Source: Tubiluchus corallicola
Lineage: Eukaryota; Animalia; Priapulida
Direction: 5' to 3'
NCBI GenBank assembly: GCA_030141605.1
Contig: JAQGDQ010000946.1
Coordinates: forward strand, 14,362 to 78,361
DNA: 64,000 nt
Part shown: piece after piece, positions 26,413 to 42,000 of the stretch
Position numbering within the stretch: position 1 is the first letter of the stretch
How the letters are laid out: the number at the start of each line of letters is the position of its first letter
The notes under the pieces: generated by a model
Seen by the model: the letters and a program-made list of their open reading frames with translations, nothing else
Database searches by the model: none
What the model was told of the DNA's origin: nothing
Made by a program: the position numbers and the translations under genes

Positions 26413-26734
26413 GGCTGCGCACCGTTTGCCATACAACTTACAACACGATCCACAATGGTCGCACATTCTTTTTGATTGCGAATATAAATACCATTAATGG
26501 TTATGCCAAAGTTATTTCTTGCACTGTGATTTCACTTGTTGCAAATTCTCTTTCACCATACAATCAACGGCTACAGAAAAACTTTGCATTTTTGCTAATT
26601 TTCCATATCAAATTTAGGAGTCTTTTTTCAAAAATGAACGTGTGTATTCAGATCTTAAAAATTAAAGACTCCCTACAGTCAATCACATCTATACACTCTA
26701 CAATGTCTTTTTAACACTATTCTTTCTTTCACAG

Positions 26735-27678
26735 AGCAGCAAGGTGAAAATAAGAAACTTCTCCCCCTCTCTGCTGAATTTCAACGACAAATAGAAAGAG
26801 AAAACAGGAAGCGGCTAAAACAAATAAAATCTTATTGCTCTAGACATAAATTTAAAAACTCGCTTATAAAATCTGACATGTCAGCTCTGATAGTGGATGA
26901 CCTACATCAGGTCATCTGGTGCTGCGTACCCAAAGTTGGAAGCAGCAACTGGAGGCGCATGTTGTACTCGCTTGTCGTTGCCAACAAGACGGGACAGAGT
27001 GCCAGCGAGTTGGTGCGAGAAACACTAAAAAATGTGGAAACACGGATAGCGGGTAACCTTGACAAAAACGAAGAGCACTTCTACATGATGTCGCACATAA
27101 AAGAAATGAAAGAACTGGTGACAAAACTGAAACAATACAAGAAGTTTCTCTTCGTACGCGATCCATTAGAAAGACTCGTGTCGGCATACAGGAACAAAAT
27201 GTTGTACCGTGGAGTGAATAACCATCTAAAATCAGTCAGTCAGCACGTGCATCAATATTACACTCACACAAACAACAAAACGACTCAGGCTAGCTTTCCG
27301 GAGTTCATCAGCTTCCTGACAGACGACCTTGAAGACTTTGTCGACGACGATTTACTGCTCACGCACAAGGACAACAAACACTGGCGCAGCGTTTTTGACT
27401 TGTGCCATCCATGTGAAGTGCACTACAACTTTGTGGGAAAGTTAGAGAACGTCCGGGATGAATCCAGATACATTTTGCATAAGTTTTTCCACGTGCAAGA
27501 CCAGACGGGATTATTTCCCAAGTCGGAAAGACGCGCAGAGTCGCGTACGACCAGCAACTTATCGAAAGTTTTGTATTCAAAGATTCCGCTGACTCTTGGT
27601 GAAAAATTACATCGGAAATATAAGCCAGATTTTCTCATGTTCAACTACTCCTTCCCGGCTGACATGTTTTACACTTAA
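26735..27678 (+). CDS. 5'-truncated duplicate of the carbohydrate sulfotransferase (catalytic exon only; intact 266-aa ORF from ATG 26878; possibly a pseudogene)
   Basis: Mirror of 22937-21994; the only difference I saw is one synonymous SNP (GCA vs GCG, about 27186). Exon 1 is absent because the arm starts inside the intron at 26104. Confidence 0.8.
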
Positions 27679-28685
27679 CATAACTACACTTAGACCGCGT
27701 ACATTATATGTCTGCTTGCATATCGAAATCGTCCATAAGTCGGTAATTAAGCTTTTCAAGTTATTAATTCATATTCGGCATTCGAACGGTCAAATTGAGC
27801 CGGTCATAATCGAAGAACTACAAGTTCTGGAGAAATCGAGGGGAACAAACAGCGTCATCACGAATCTGCACATGTACCGACAGACAGGAGCAGACGGGCG
27901 GCAGGACGAGCGACTTGTCGTTGTATCTAACGAGGCATCGGTTGCTCTTCCTGTGCACCGCTGTGTCACAAGAATGACTTGCGAGTATGTTAAATCAGTT
28001 GTTTTATAAGTGACATTTTACACTTTCAAATTTTTGAGCTTAGTTATTGCTTTTGCATGAATAAACGTTCATTGATATTGCAAAGTAGGAGAATCTTATA
28101 TATTTAAATGTGTGCTCGCGTAGCAAAATCGTCCATAAGTCAGCAATTATACTTTTCTAGTTATTCCCATATTCCGAATCTCCATTTCGTGAGGATCATT
28201 TTGATACCAAGCTCATTGCTCTATGTTATTTCTAAGCTGAAATAATCCACGTTGAAGTTGAGGTGCAGGCTATAAACTGAGAAACTTAACCTCAAGAAAA
28301 TCACTGTTAAAGTTAGATATTGTTTTTTGTGGAAAACACTTAGCAACCGCACAAATATTGGTTGCTGTGGACTTTACAAGAACATATTAATAATAAATTC
28401 AGTAGATAAATCTTTCTAACGAAAATCTCGGCTCAGCAGCATAAAAAACCCGAAGCAAAATGACAACTTCCAAGAGTTACTATCAGAGTTTGTAGTACTC
28501 AGAATAGTAGTACTAGTTTCTAGCCAGAGTTACAGGGTTATAAAATTAGATTTTTAGTATTTCTTGAACATTTTCTTGATAATTTGAAACTAGAATATAA
28601 AAGTACAATATTTTTACCATTTATTTTTATAAAAAACAAAAAATTGACATTTGACCCAATTTTTGGAGCATTCTACTTTCAAACA

Positions 28686-29490
28686 GCACGTATTTCGTGA
28701 GATAAAACAAGTATTTTGTGAAATAAAGCACGTATTTTGTGAAATAAAGCACGTATTTTGTGAGATAAAGCACGTATTTTGTGAGATAAAACACGTATTT
28801 TGTGAAATAAAGCACGTATTTCATGAGATAAAGCACGTATTTTGTGAGATAAAGCACGTATTTTGTGAGATAAAACACGTATTTTGTGAAATAAAGCACG
28901 TATTTCATGAGATAAAGCACGTATTTTGTGAGATAAAACACGTATTTTGTGAGATAAAACACGTATTTTGTGAAATAAAGCACCTATTTCATGAGATAAA
29001 GCACGTATTTTGTGAGATAAAACACGTATTTTGTGAAATAAAGCACGTATTTCATGAGATAAAGCACGTATTTTGTGAGATAAAGCACGTATTTTGTGAG
29101 ATAAAACACGTATTTGTGAAATAAAGCACGTATTTTGTGAGATAAAACACGTATTTTGTGAAATAAAGCACGTATTTCATGAGATAAAGCACGTATTTTG
29201 TGAGATAAAACACGTATTTTGTGAGATAAAACACGTATTTTGTGAAATAAAGCACGTATTTCATGAGATAAAGCACGTATTTTGTGAGATAAAGCACGTA
29301 TTTTGTGAGATAAAACACGTATTTTGTGAAATAAAGCACGTATTTCATGAGATAAAGCACGTATTTTGTGAGATAAAACACGTATTTCGTGAGATAAAAC
29401 ACGTATTTCATGAGATAACACACATTTTGTGAAATAAAACACGTATTTTCTGAGATAAAACACGTATTTTGTGAGATAAAACATGTATTT
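28686..29490. repeat. About 38 x 21-bp minisatellite (mirror)
   Basis: Mirror copy with a 1-bp deletion near 29113 and a few unit-type differences. Confidence 0.95.
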
Positions 29491-29677
29491 CAGCTTAAAG
29501 ATATTTGGTTGTTTTTATTTATTCAGTATCATAGTTTTATCATCAAAAATAAACTATTCAAAATTAATAATCTATATCTAGACTGTCTGATTATTTACAA
29601 CAATTGTACAAAATTCACTATCTTCATCCTCTTGTTAAGTGTTTAAACTTGGTAATAAAGTGAAATTCACAGAAAAT

Positions 29678-30025
29678 TCTCACAGACGTATTGTCGCTAC
29701 AATGTATCCCACAGACGTATTGTTGCTACAATGTATCTCACAGACGTATTGTTGCTACAATGTATCTCACAGACGTATTGTTGCTACAATGTATCTCACA
29801 GACGTATTGTCGCTACAATGTATCCCACAGACGTATTGTTGCTACAATGTATCTCACAGACGTATTGTTGCTACAATGTATCTCACAGACGTATTGTTGC
29901 TACAATGTATCTCACAGACGTATTGTTGCTACAATGTATCCCACAGACGTATTGTTGCTACAATGTATCTCACAGACGTATTGTTGCTACAATGTATCCC
30001 ACAGACGTATTGTTGCTACAATGTA
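29678..30025 (-). repeat. 12 x 29-bp array (mirror)
   Basis: Same length; variant order differs slightly in the distal units. Confidence 0.95.
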
Positions 30026-33000
30026 AGTATCACCCGTTCACTTTTCTTTAATTTTTTCTTTCTTTCCTGTCTTTTCTGGGTGGCATCAGCAAAGAACGTC
30101 ACTTGTTCTCTTTCCTCATACATCTGTTGTAGAAATGACAGCCCTGCCAAGTTAAACCCTATAGTATCCTGTAAGAAAAAAACAGGTTACTATACAGCGT
30201 GCATGGGAGCTCTAGTGCACAAAGCAGTAATTTCAAAATGTAGGCAAATATAAAAATCCAATTCAATATACCGTCTAGTCTCGTTATCTCGCCACTGTCC
30301 GTCTAGGGCAAATTTTTGGCGAGAGGCGAGTATGGCGAGATAACGGGAATATAACGAAGTTAGTCTATATGTATATACATAATAGTTGAGACATCATGTA
30401 GACATAATACATTCAGAGACATGTAAAGTTGCTCACACTTTGTGGAAACTCAAACTTAAACGCAGTTTTGGTGTTATAGAGTTAGGATATCGGTGACGCT
30501 TTAGTTTCTCTGCGCATTAACCAACCACAGCACTCCTAATCTAATCCTGGAGAGACACACACTAGATTAATTATGTCTGTCTATCGAGTACAGCAGCATT
30601 GTCTACATACCGCAGTTATATTGATCGACACGCGGTATATGTATTGATCGATTCACCTCTGAGTTTGTCTGTTTGGCGACATAATGAATATAGTTTATAT
30701 AAGCACTCATAATAGCATGACGTGGCGAGGGCGAGAAGCGAGGGTGGCGACTTAACGAGGTAAATTCCAGGTACTTTCTATGGCGCGAGATGAGTTTGGC
30801 GGCATAACGAGGGGCGAGATAACGAGGTTAGACTGTACAGTAATTTTAAATTTAAAACTGAAACTGGAAGCCACTGGCATGGCAGCAGTCAAATCTGGTT
30901 TCAAGGCATTTTCAAAAATCGTCATTATTTGCTATTATGCAATCGAATTATACTTGGTTTACTATTTTTTTTTTGAATTATGCAAGGCATCCACAAAGGA
31001 AAGAACTGCCTTATTGCACATTTTAATGGACTATGATCAGCTTCATAATGTTCATTTAATAATGTGATTGATCTTAGACGAGTTTGAATGAATGATCTAG
31101 ATGTTTCGTTCACAAGTGTTTTAATTGTTTCAACAGTTTTCAAAACAAAAAGAAATAAACGTCAAATGTTCACAATTACATTTACGAGGCCACAAGACAA
31201 ATGAATCAAGGACAGCACAAATTCCAATAATCAAACACAATTATTATTTAAATAATTTTTTTAAAGTAATTTAATTCAGAGTTTTAGCACATTTTAACAT
31301 TTCAGCCCACAACAAGCCTTCTCACAGTTTCGTTGTGCACATGTGCAGTTGCTGTAAGTCAAAGGTTAGGTGTACCATCGCAGCGTGTTAAATACAACCA
31401 TCACCAGACATGTGAGTAAAGCAAAGCCGTCTGCCACATCACTTCAGTAACTTTAGTTGCTTTAAATGAAGTTTACTTAGTCATGCTTCAGTCTATGCAT
31501 AAAGCGATTTACTAGCAGGATCTTGCTTGAGAACAAGAAAAAATGAACAAGGCAAGGATCAGGCTAGCTGTTAAAACCGTTACTATTACAATAGTGTGGG
31601 CTGTGAGGAGTTCTCAAGTGTACACAAATGAACTAGGTAAGGATTTAGCTTGCTGTTAAAACTGTTACTATTACAATAGCATGGGCTGTGAGGAGTTCTC
31701 AAGTGTACACAAATGCGTTGTCTGGTACACTTAACCTTTGACCTTTTCAGGATCAACATCAATCGCTGGAACTGTGAAAAGGCTTATTGAATAGCAATTC
31801 CTCAACGACAGTCCAAGTAGAAAAAGCTTTGACCCCAATCATGAAAACCATCGAGCTAATCATAATAAAGCATCCGTGGACTTTTCAATTACGACTGATT
31901 ACTTCCAAAAATGCTTTAATAATATTCACTAAGAAGCGCTGCAAAGATTACGAAGTTCCCAATCCCCGGGCATCATCACAATCACTCTCAGGCTAAAAGA
32001 ATGCCTCCTTAAAAATTTGTTATGCAAACTGCCAACTCTGTTTATTACCGAACCACAGAAATACAGAAGTGCTCCCTACTATAACTTCTTCTTCTTCTTC
32101 ACAGCTTTTCCCTATGCGGGGTCGCCGTTGTGAATAAGTCTCCTCCACATATTCCTGTTGTTGACCCTCTCTTCATTTATGTTCTTCTCTCTAAGGTCTC
32201 CGTTAATACATTCAAACCATCTCAGCTTGGGTCGTCCTATTCTTCTATTTCCCAGCACTTCCATTTCCATGACCTCCCTTCCCACGTCATCTTCCCCGAC
32301 TCTCCTTTTCAGGTGCCCATACCATCGCAATCTTGCCTCTTGTATCTTTTTCGAGGCTTCCACTACTTTCACTGTTCCTCTAATATTACTATTCCTGATT
32401 TTATCCCTTGCTCCCTACTATAACACAGTACTAAAAACAACAACACATACTGCAAGTGCTTGGACTGATGGATTGCTTAAAAGACAGGTTTACTAATAAC
32501 ATTGAACAGGGCTGGATTATGACCTTTTGTGGAACTTAGGCTAATGAAATTATAAGCCCCTCAGATGGAGCTACTCGCACAAATCTTGAATATCTTTACT
32601 TGTGATATATCTTAGCAATATTTGCACAGTATGAAGTAAATTTATTCCAAATTCCTAAAATAAACTAGAATAGCTTTCTTTTATTTGTGAATAAAAATAC
32701 TCATTAAAGGAAGACCGGACGATTGTTTGACACAATCTCATTTTAATTTACTGTCCAAAATATACATTTTCTTGCCTACAAAAATTAACAGTTTTTCCTT
32801 ATATTTGAATAATTAGCTTAGAAAGTTAATTAACAGCAACCGAATACAACTATTGCTTACGTCAGAAACTAACCACAGTTTGTGCAATGGCAGGCGTCTT
32901 TCATTGCGCATCAAGCACATTTGCATAAGTGTTACGGTACTGTTTAAAAGCATGATATCACAAAAATGGGCTCTACATTATATGACGTCAGAAACTAACA

Positions 33001-36000
33001 CGGCAATTCATGATCCTGCTTATCACGGTACCGCCTTCTATTTGTCAGCCAAGCGAATGTGACAAAAAGGCACCGCTGCCAATCTTAGTAGATTCACTGA
33101 GTTTGAATTTAGCTTTGAAAGTTTAACGCTAGGTGTCCGAGGAAATTATTATTTATTCTAAGCTTTGATTTAAAAAAAGCTTTGGTAGTTTTCAATATTT
33201 TAGAGCATTCGTTATTCTGAACTAATGTTTACACAATCATCCGGTTTTCCTTTAAGAAATTTCACTCATTTACTATTTATTGTAAACCAAATTAGCCCAC
33301 ATTTCAACACACTGCATTGAAAAAAAACAGTTTTTCAAAGCTTAAGGCAAACTAGGCTGGAGCCTGTAAAATAATCCAGTACTCTCACATACCTTAAACT
33401 CAGTCAATTTCACCAATACATTTTGCCTTAGAGAATCAACAATCGGCAATAACGACTGATTGGCTGTAACCTGAGCATGATGCACCCTGGAAAGACACAA
33501 ACACCATAACTTTATAAAGAAAAACGTTTTAACAAAAGAATATCATCCTATGTAAGTGTCCGTAACGTAACGCAAATGCACGAGCAACTTATAGCTTACA
33601 ATACACATGGATCATCGTGAAATTAATTAAAGAACTAGAAAAGGCCCCGCAAAAAATTTTGCTTATAAATACACGTACAATCAAAAACACGCGAACATTA
33701 TACCTAGTGTTTGTTTGTTTATCTAACGCAAAGCCAGCAGCAGCAGCTTTTACTGAATTAATTCTATAAGCTTATAGACAGAGTGTAATTGATGACGTCA
33801 GAACAATGGCTTTGCGTCAGCAGTTTAATTAAAGAATGTACCAGCTTTGTCTCCAACACCAAGACGAAAAGAATAAATTTAACAACTTTATTGCAACTCG
33901 CAAAGCAACGAGGTTATAACTAGGAAGATGAGTGCAACGGAAAAACGAAGAAGTTGAAAACAAAAGGGCAACTTTGCAAAAGGGATAAAGTTGATAACAC
34001 TAACAACACGCATGTATACTGGCGCAGAAATAGCAAATGCCCTATCATCAAAGCTAAGACAACCTGTTCTAGGAATAGAGGATAAGTTATATGGTGTTTT
34101 TAACTGTAATAAGAGAAAAATATCTTCAAGTCTGCAGAGTAAACGGAACAAACCTGAGCATGAAGAAAAGACACCTGGAACAAAGTTCCGCATCCCATCC
34201 ATTACGGAAGAAAACGTCAAACAGTTTAATCAAATCCGACACGTAATCGAATGGCAGCACCAGCAAAGCTTCCTCAAGTTCACTGTGAAAAAAGCAACTA
34301 GTTAACTTTAACTAAAACTAACTAACTAACTAATTAACTAACTAGGTAGAACACTGATTATCAGCCTACTGTAAATTTACTTTTAACCTTTTCACTATGG
34401 AAGCCGGCACACTGCCACCTATATTTTTCTTGTTAAGCGACGGAAGGCGGCAGACTGTCACCCAAGCTCAGCAGTAAGCTCGGTTACCCAGGTTTGTTTA
34501 TTTCACTGCTATGGCTATGCAGAAACATTGTAGAAAAGTTTAACAGCCGTGGGATTGGGGTTGCTTCGCAACAAGTAACGCTGACCAGCCAACCAGCATC
34601 TGAAGCCAGGTGCATTCCACAATACTGTACTGTATAGTATGTTCTCATGCAAAATTGCTTGTTGATAGTTGGTGAAATGTGTGTTTAGTCGCTTGGTCTG
34701 CATTCTTATAAAATAATTGCGTATTATGGACTAGTAATATGGACTTTCGTGTAAATTGGCTTCTAAATATAAGTATATGCTCATTTGTGTGGGTGTGCGC
34801 ATGCATGCATGCATGAGTGCATGTATGTGTGTGTGGATGTGTGTGGATGTGCATAAATAAAACTAATATTCATTATTGGTGTTCAATAAGAAATGGCCAT
34901 TTATGTGGAAGTTGTAATTGTACATTTTTAGGTGCTGCCATCTATGAACTAATCCTTTTACATTTTACTAGCTAAACTCACCCCCAGTATAATTGTACGG
35001 TCCAGTGAATATCTCTCCCTATTTTACAGTAATGGTTTTTGTGAAGCCAAATTTGCATAATCACCTATACCTATATATACTGACTGGATTTACTTTCTAG
35101 TCACTGTCTAACTCTCAGTGTTCAGTGCAGGACACTATTGTTCTCAGTGTAGCAGTCATTCTACATATGTTTGTGTAGGCTAATGAACGCTTTTCAGTTT
35201 TGTGCAAACATGTCGTATAGTTGTTTATTCTTGTTCTACAAAGTGAGTTATCTACAACTTCAAACATGACTTTCATAATTTGTTTATTTACAAGATTCTG
35301 TTTTACTAGCACACCACAAGAAGTTATTGTCAAATATACTTTTTGCATTTGTTTTATTATTGATTAATATTATAATCTTACAATGGTGGTCGTTTATTCT
35401 TGGCATGTATATTAATAGTGTTTACCTATTATTGGTGTAATATTGTATTTTCCAATTGCTTGTGATTTATCATTTCTATTCATTTGTAATTGATTGAGTC
35501 ACATTTATAATAGAATTTGTTAATTAGCCGTGCAGACAAGTTTAAATAGGCTGCCTTGCCTTCTGTTTCATAGATTGTGCATTTTACGTTTCAATATGCT
35601 GTAAATACATATGTGTTCTGACTGTTTAATAAATACACATTTAAACCATTCCTGGACTATATAATAAACACGAATCAATTTGATTTAGATGCCTAACTTT
35701 GTCCAATATAGCCAATACTGAGTGCTAAGTACAAAACATTGCATGTTTGTCAATAATGGTCATTTCATAGACAAATGGAACAGAATTAAGAGAGCCAAAC
35801 ACTACTGCATTACAATTAAAAACAATGACATCAATTTAGTGTTTGTGTACAAATGTACAGCATGAGAAATCTTTTATTTTAAATTTTGCAAAGCTTAGTA
35901 ACAATGTCTGCATCTGTGCACACTCTAACAGATGTCCAAAATAATAATGGCCGACTATCTAACTGGCTTCAATAATCGTCCATGGCTTATGCCACGTGCA

Positions 36001-39000
36001 ACCATCATTGCAATAGTTCATGAAACGAGGATAATTGGCTCTTTACCCGAAAAATTACAAGTTGCAACAATCATAAAACACACTGCCTACAAATTTCACT
36101 ATGACCAATGCACAAACCTTGATCTGATTTTACGTAAAATCTCCAAGACAAGCCTCTCTGCTGAAATACTGCCGTATGCTACACACAGAGGATGTAAAGG
36201 AAGATCTCCTGTTTGCTGTAAAGCGAAATAGATGATTAACATTTAAAAATAATAATAAATTACAAAAAATTCTCATTTAAAAAAGTCGAACGATATCATT
36301 AACTGGGTTGCACGAACTCATTTTAACAGAATTTATATGAAAAACAAAATTTCCTACAACTGTTTCAGTGGACTTTTGTTAGTGAACTTTTGCAGAAAAA
36401 AGGAAGTTCAGCCAAAAAGAACACACAAAAAACAACGCCATCACAAAAAACTCAGAGATACCGTTAAAAACACATCGAAATGTGCCATTAAATTCTATCC
36501 AAAAAAAAAACTTTGACACATGACAACATAAAAGTGAATGCTACCTGACGCTAGGGTACCATCTACAGGTGCAAATTCTATAAAACTTCCTTATTCCTCA
36601 CTATAAATTATCTAATGTCAATCTATATAAAGTAACATTTTATTCACCATTGCAATTTACACTAACTCAATTATAATTACATGTTAACACGAAATTAAGT
36701 GATAAGTCATTTATTTCATATTACACATTTACAATAGTTTCATGTACAATATCAAGTGAAAGGGCCTACAATGAACATAATACAAATAAGAAATACTGCA
36801 CAGGAAAAGCCTCAAACACTGTTCACCTATATACAAAGGTAAATGTGTTGCGGGTAATCAAAAAGCAGGGCTTGTTAGATTGTCCCACACAGTGAAAGAA
36901 AAAAAAAGTAATGGAAATAATCCGAAAATTTAAAGTGAATCGTATGATAAAAAAAATTTAGTGCTTAAAATGGAATGATGTAATGAATGAAGCTCATATA
37001 TGGGATGATATAAAAGATAGAAAGACTATTATATGTTAATAGTATGTAAAATTAAGATAACTTGATTAAGCTAACACCACTGTTTTGCAACTTACTTTTT
37101 CATCCGGTCCTAGATGCTCCTGCTCACGCATTGTCCTCTTCTGGATATCCTCTCGATAAACGTTTACTGCTTCCATTAATCTTTCAGCCTAAAATAAAAT
37201 TGATTATACAAGTTTAATTATTGCAATTACACTGGCCACAGTTGCATGATGAAACGTCTCATTCTGCCAGGAAAACACACTTTCATACTCCACACAGCTC
37301 ATATTTTACGTCTACTGCCAAAATGCATTATGTGGCTTCTTTAACCCTTTCATACCCGTTGTATCCCGTGGGATACGAGAATATTTTCTGCCTTTAAAAT
37401 GAATAAAAGTTTAAAACTGACAGTTATTTGATCTGTTAATAGTTATTTTTAGTTAAGCCAATAACAAAAGACTAAAAATGGTGATAAAATGGCAAACTAG
37501 AAAATCTACATAGCATAAAAACTGCGCAAGGTACAGTACTTTAGAGATGACTTTGTACAGATCAGCATAGCATAATTAGTATGTGTAAACAAAGATGGAC
37601 ATACTGAACAAAAGTAACAAGCCAAAAAATTTTTCTTTTTAAAAAAATAATTTGGGACTGAAAGGGTTAAGTATTTAGTACAGACTCTGATTGAACATTC
37701 GCATAGAATCCCCCTGTTTCACAATTAGTATTCCATCTGCCACGAATATTTGTCTTCAAAGATGAACGAAATATTGTCTGAGCATGTAGAAAAGATGCAA
37801 ATTCCACTGAAGCCAACAATGAGTAACAAGAGCTGTCTACAAACTGTGTGACAAGGCAGTGTGTTTTGAATAACTAAATTTCAAACATATACATTTTTTC
37901 ATACTTGAGAACTTTATTACAGAACTAGTAACAGTAGTAGGGGTGAGCATCGAACGCTCGAATTCGATTCGAACGAGTTTTTTTAGTTCGAACTCGATTC
38001 GAATCCAAAACTAGATTCGAATAATTCAGCACTTCAATCACATATGTTCCTGATCATTAAAACGATTGAAACATCATGCAATTAACATAATTTAGTTGTT
38101 ATTTCTGCGCACAACTCTAAGCAAATTACTAGTCGTTTTATTGCAGAACAAAATCTAGTGATACACATGATCTTTGTAAGACTAATTTTTCCTGGTGGTT
38201 CGAAAATCGTTCAATCTCAATTCGAATTCGGTTCGAAACACTGAAGTTCGGTTCGATTCGAATTCGAAACACTGAAGTTCGGTTCGATTCGAATTCGAAA
38301 GTCACAAATTCAGTTCGATTCGAATTCGCTTTCTGGTAGAGAATGCTCACCCCTAATCACAAGATACATAATAATATCATAATTAAATGCAAGAGTTAGT
38401 GATGATTTATATAGAGGAAAATATGGGCTATTACTAATAAAATATAGTCAATCTGTTAGACAGAATTTGGCAATTGAAATATTACAGTTACAGGAAATAA
38501 TTAATTTATGTTTATATTCCTTTGATAAGTTACAATTAGTTTAAACAATTAATATATAAATATATAAATAAATTATTTTCTAAAGTAATTGTAATTCATC
38601 AAATGTGACATAAATATAAATTAACTATCTAGTAAGCAATTGTAATATTTCAATTGCCCAGATGCCACCTAGAGAGTACCTATATGTTGTTAATAATAGA
38701 ACATGTAGGATGGATGGGTGACCAAGATGACTTCTTTGTTCTTTTGCTACTCATTCACAAGCCTTAGTTCTTAGTTCAAAATTAAGAATGCTCTAAAATA
38801 TTGAAAACTGCAATAGTTTTTTCTCAAATCAAAGCTCAGATTAAACAATAATTCCTCGGCTATTCAAATTTTGTTAAACTTTCAAAGCTACGCGCATCTC
38901 AGTGAATCTACTAAGATTGGCAGTGGAGCCTTTTTGTCACGTGCGTGTGGCCGACAAATAGAAGGCGGTGCCGTGATAAGTATGATCATGAACTACAGTG

Positions 39001-42000
39001 TTAGTTTCTGAAGTCATATGATGCAAAGCCCATTTTTCGTGACATCATGCATTTAAGCAGTACTGTAACACTTATGCAAATGTGCTTGAAGCACAAGGGA
39101 ATATGCCTGCCATTCCACAAACTGTGGTTAGTTTCTGACGTAAGCAATAGCTGTGTTCGGTTGCTGTTAATTAACTTTCTAAGCTAATTATTCAAATATA
39201 AGGAAAAACTGTTAACTTTTATAGGCAAGAAAATGTATATTTAGGACAGTAAATTAAAATGAGATTGAGTCTAAACAATCGTCCGGTCTACCTTTAAATA
39301 CACTAGGCCACTATGAAATTTATATTTTCATATCTCGGTTTGCCGGACCTCGCTTTTACGGTTATCGGAAAATTTGGACAAAATCTAGTCCATTAAAAGT
39401 CCCACATACTATGAAAACAGTCTGTTATTTGGCAGGTGGACCACTAAATGACGGGGCGTCACTTTGTTTACATACCTTACATCAGCATAACCATGTGTAC
39501 ATATCTATGCATAAAAATATAGAGTCAATTATGCAGAGTTATTTGAGTCAATTGCGACAGTTTTTATACAGTTTTGCATAGGAGCGGCCCGTACTTGATG
39601 TTTTTGAGACAGTTAGGTGAATTAATTCTACATTACCATGAATCTAATACACTTACTGTATTGTTTAGTATCGGAAAACACAGACAATCCGCAAATTCGG
39701 ACGGACGTCTCCCCTCTTTTGTCTGGCAAACCGAGATGTGAGTGTACGTTGAATGTCCATTACAAATATCATGCCATAACCTGCCTACATGTTAACTATG
39801 TAAGCACAAACTAATTACAAACCGCTTTGTAAGTCTCAATGGTCTTCTTTCCTGCCAAAGCAGCTTCCTTAACCGAAGCCTCACCAGGAATCTAGAACAA
39901 ATTTTTATTTTTATTATTTACTTATTTCACATCAACACAAATACACAATTAATACATTAAAAGAAACAAAAAGTTATCAATAATTCGATGAATAACAAAC
40001 AGTAAGATACATAATAGGAAGCAAATTTCGAAAAAAATGATTTAAATCGTCTTTAGACCTATGGTAAACAAAGATAGTGATATCGCTACGTCCTTTAATA
40101 CTGGTGTCTAAACAACGTTATGTACAGCATCATTACAAATATACTAACTAGACTCTCAAAACACTGTGGGGTTGAAAGATAAACAAGAGAATTATCACTG
40201 TTGTATGTTGCTTAGTAAATGCGTATACAGTTTACTTTGAGCACATAACTAGTTTAGAAATACCATAGTTTAGGTTTGCTATATATACAAATGTAAATGT
40301 GTTGCGGGCAATCAAAAAGCAGAGCTTGTTAGATCGTCCCATACTGTGAAAGAAAAAATAATAATGAAAATAATCTGAAAATTTGAAGTGAATCGTATGA
40401 TAAACAAAACATTAGTGCTACAGAATGGAATGGTGTAATGAATGAAGCTCATATATGAGATGATATAAAAGATTGATAGATAGTTAAGATAAAATAATAG
40501 ACAAAGATAGAGAAAATGAAATAAGAGTTCAGAAGAGGAGTTCAAAAAATGCACAATTCCCACATGATAAGAAAACAGAGGCAAGTATCACAAAGGACTA
40601 GACAACAGGCGTGAATAAGAGAATGTGCGCTATGGAAAACAACTTCGAGGTGAGAAAATAATATCAAAATAAACATGATAAAACACGGGTTGCAATAAGA
40701 CAGCCTGCAATTCGTTAAAGCACAACGAAACACCATTGTTATATAAAGCTAAAAATATATTCTTAAAGTTGTACGTATCACCTACATGCCGTCTTGCTGC
40801 ATACAAGGCTTGTATTATTGTTGAGATATTGAATAAAACTTGAAAATTTAAACTCTGGCACAAGGTTCTAATTTGCACATTTGGAATTCTTGGATGCACT
40901 TACGCTAGACGCCGTTTAATAGACTCACTTGGGATGGAAGTGTTCTGACCCGATTAACCGACTGATTCAATTAACGGATGCCGATGGTTGTTGCCTATTA
41001 CTATAGAAGTATGAGTCATGACTTACCACTTTAGAATGCATTGCAAAGGCTTTAAATGAATTTTAGAAACGAATTAACGTCAAAATTCCTATGTGCAATT
41101 ATTTAAGAAACATACTTTACATAAGTGAATTAATAAAGAAAGAAAAAAATGCACAAATCTAATTATTAAAACTAAAAAATTACACGCAAGGTCGGCTGCT
41201 TCATTTCTTCACAAAGAAGTTGGTTTATGAAATTCTCATGTTGATAAAAAAAGTTGAAAATCTGTTGCTGTATAGTGTACATATTGTACGTATAGTGCTT
41301 GAACTGCAGTTGGTGATGACCTTGCGAAAAGCAGCCGGAACTTCAAAAGCAAACCGCTGGTCAAGTTTAAGGTCAAATGTTTAGCTACCAGAAACAACGA
41401 GGTTACTACAGCAGGGTGACAGATTGAAAGCAAACCCGCTACGCTAACATATTAGCGCATATAATAAATGTACTGTACCTTCTTATATACAAACTGTATT
41501 TAACATGGCTACTTCTACGTATATTATACGCAGTGACACAAACACATAAAAGCGACATAAAAATGATGTAAAATCAGTAAAAGCTCTTTGTCACACACAA
41601 GTATCTTATTTTAAGTACGTGAAGTAAAAATATTGAGTCAATCATGCAGTGTTCGTAAGATTTTTCTCTGCTTGCTCTTTAATCTAAAGTTGTACTTATT
41701 TAGAATTGCCTGTAAAACATGGCTTCGTTATGTGCATTTAGTAGGTCAGCCAATCAGAATTGAGCACGTTTTTTAGTCTACTCATTGGAAGCGAAGAAAC
41801 TGCCACATATTTTACTTTTTCTGTAATATTGAATTTAAAATAAAAGTTTTTGTGATTACTTCAAAAGATGCAGAGTTATTTGAGTCAATTACTAACAGTT
41901 TTATACACATTTGAATCGGGGCAGCCAGTTCCAGCCGTTCTTGAGTCAATTAAGCAACTGATTCTATGAAATGTGAATCAAATAAACGATGCCTACTGTA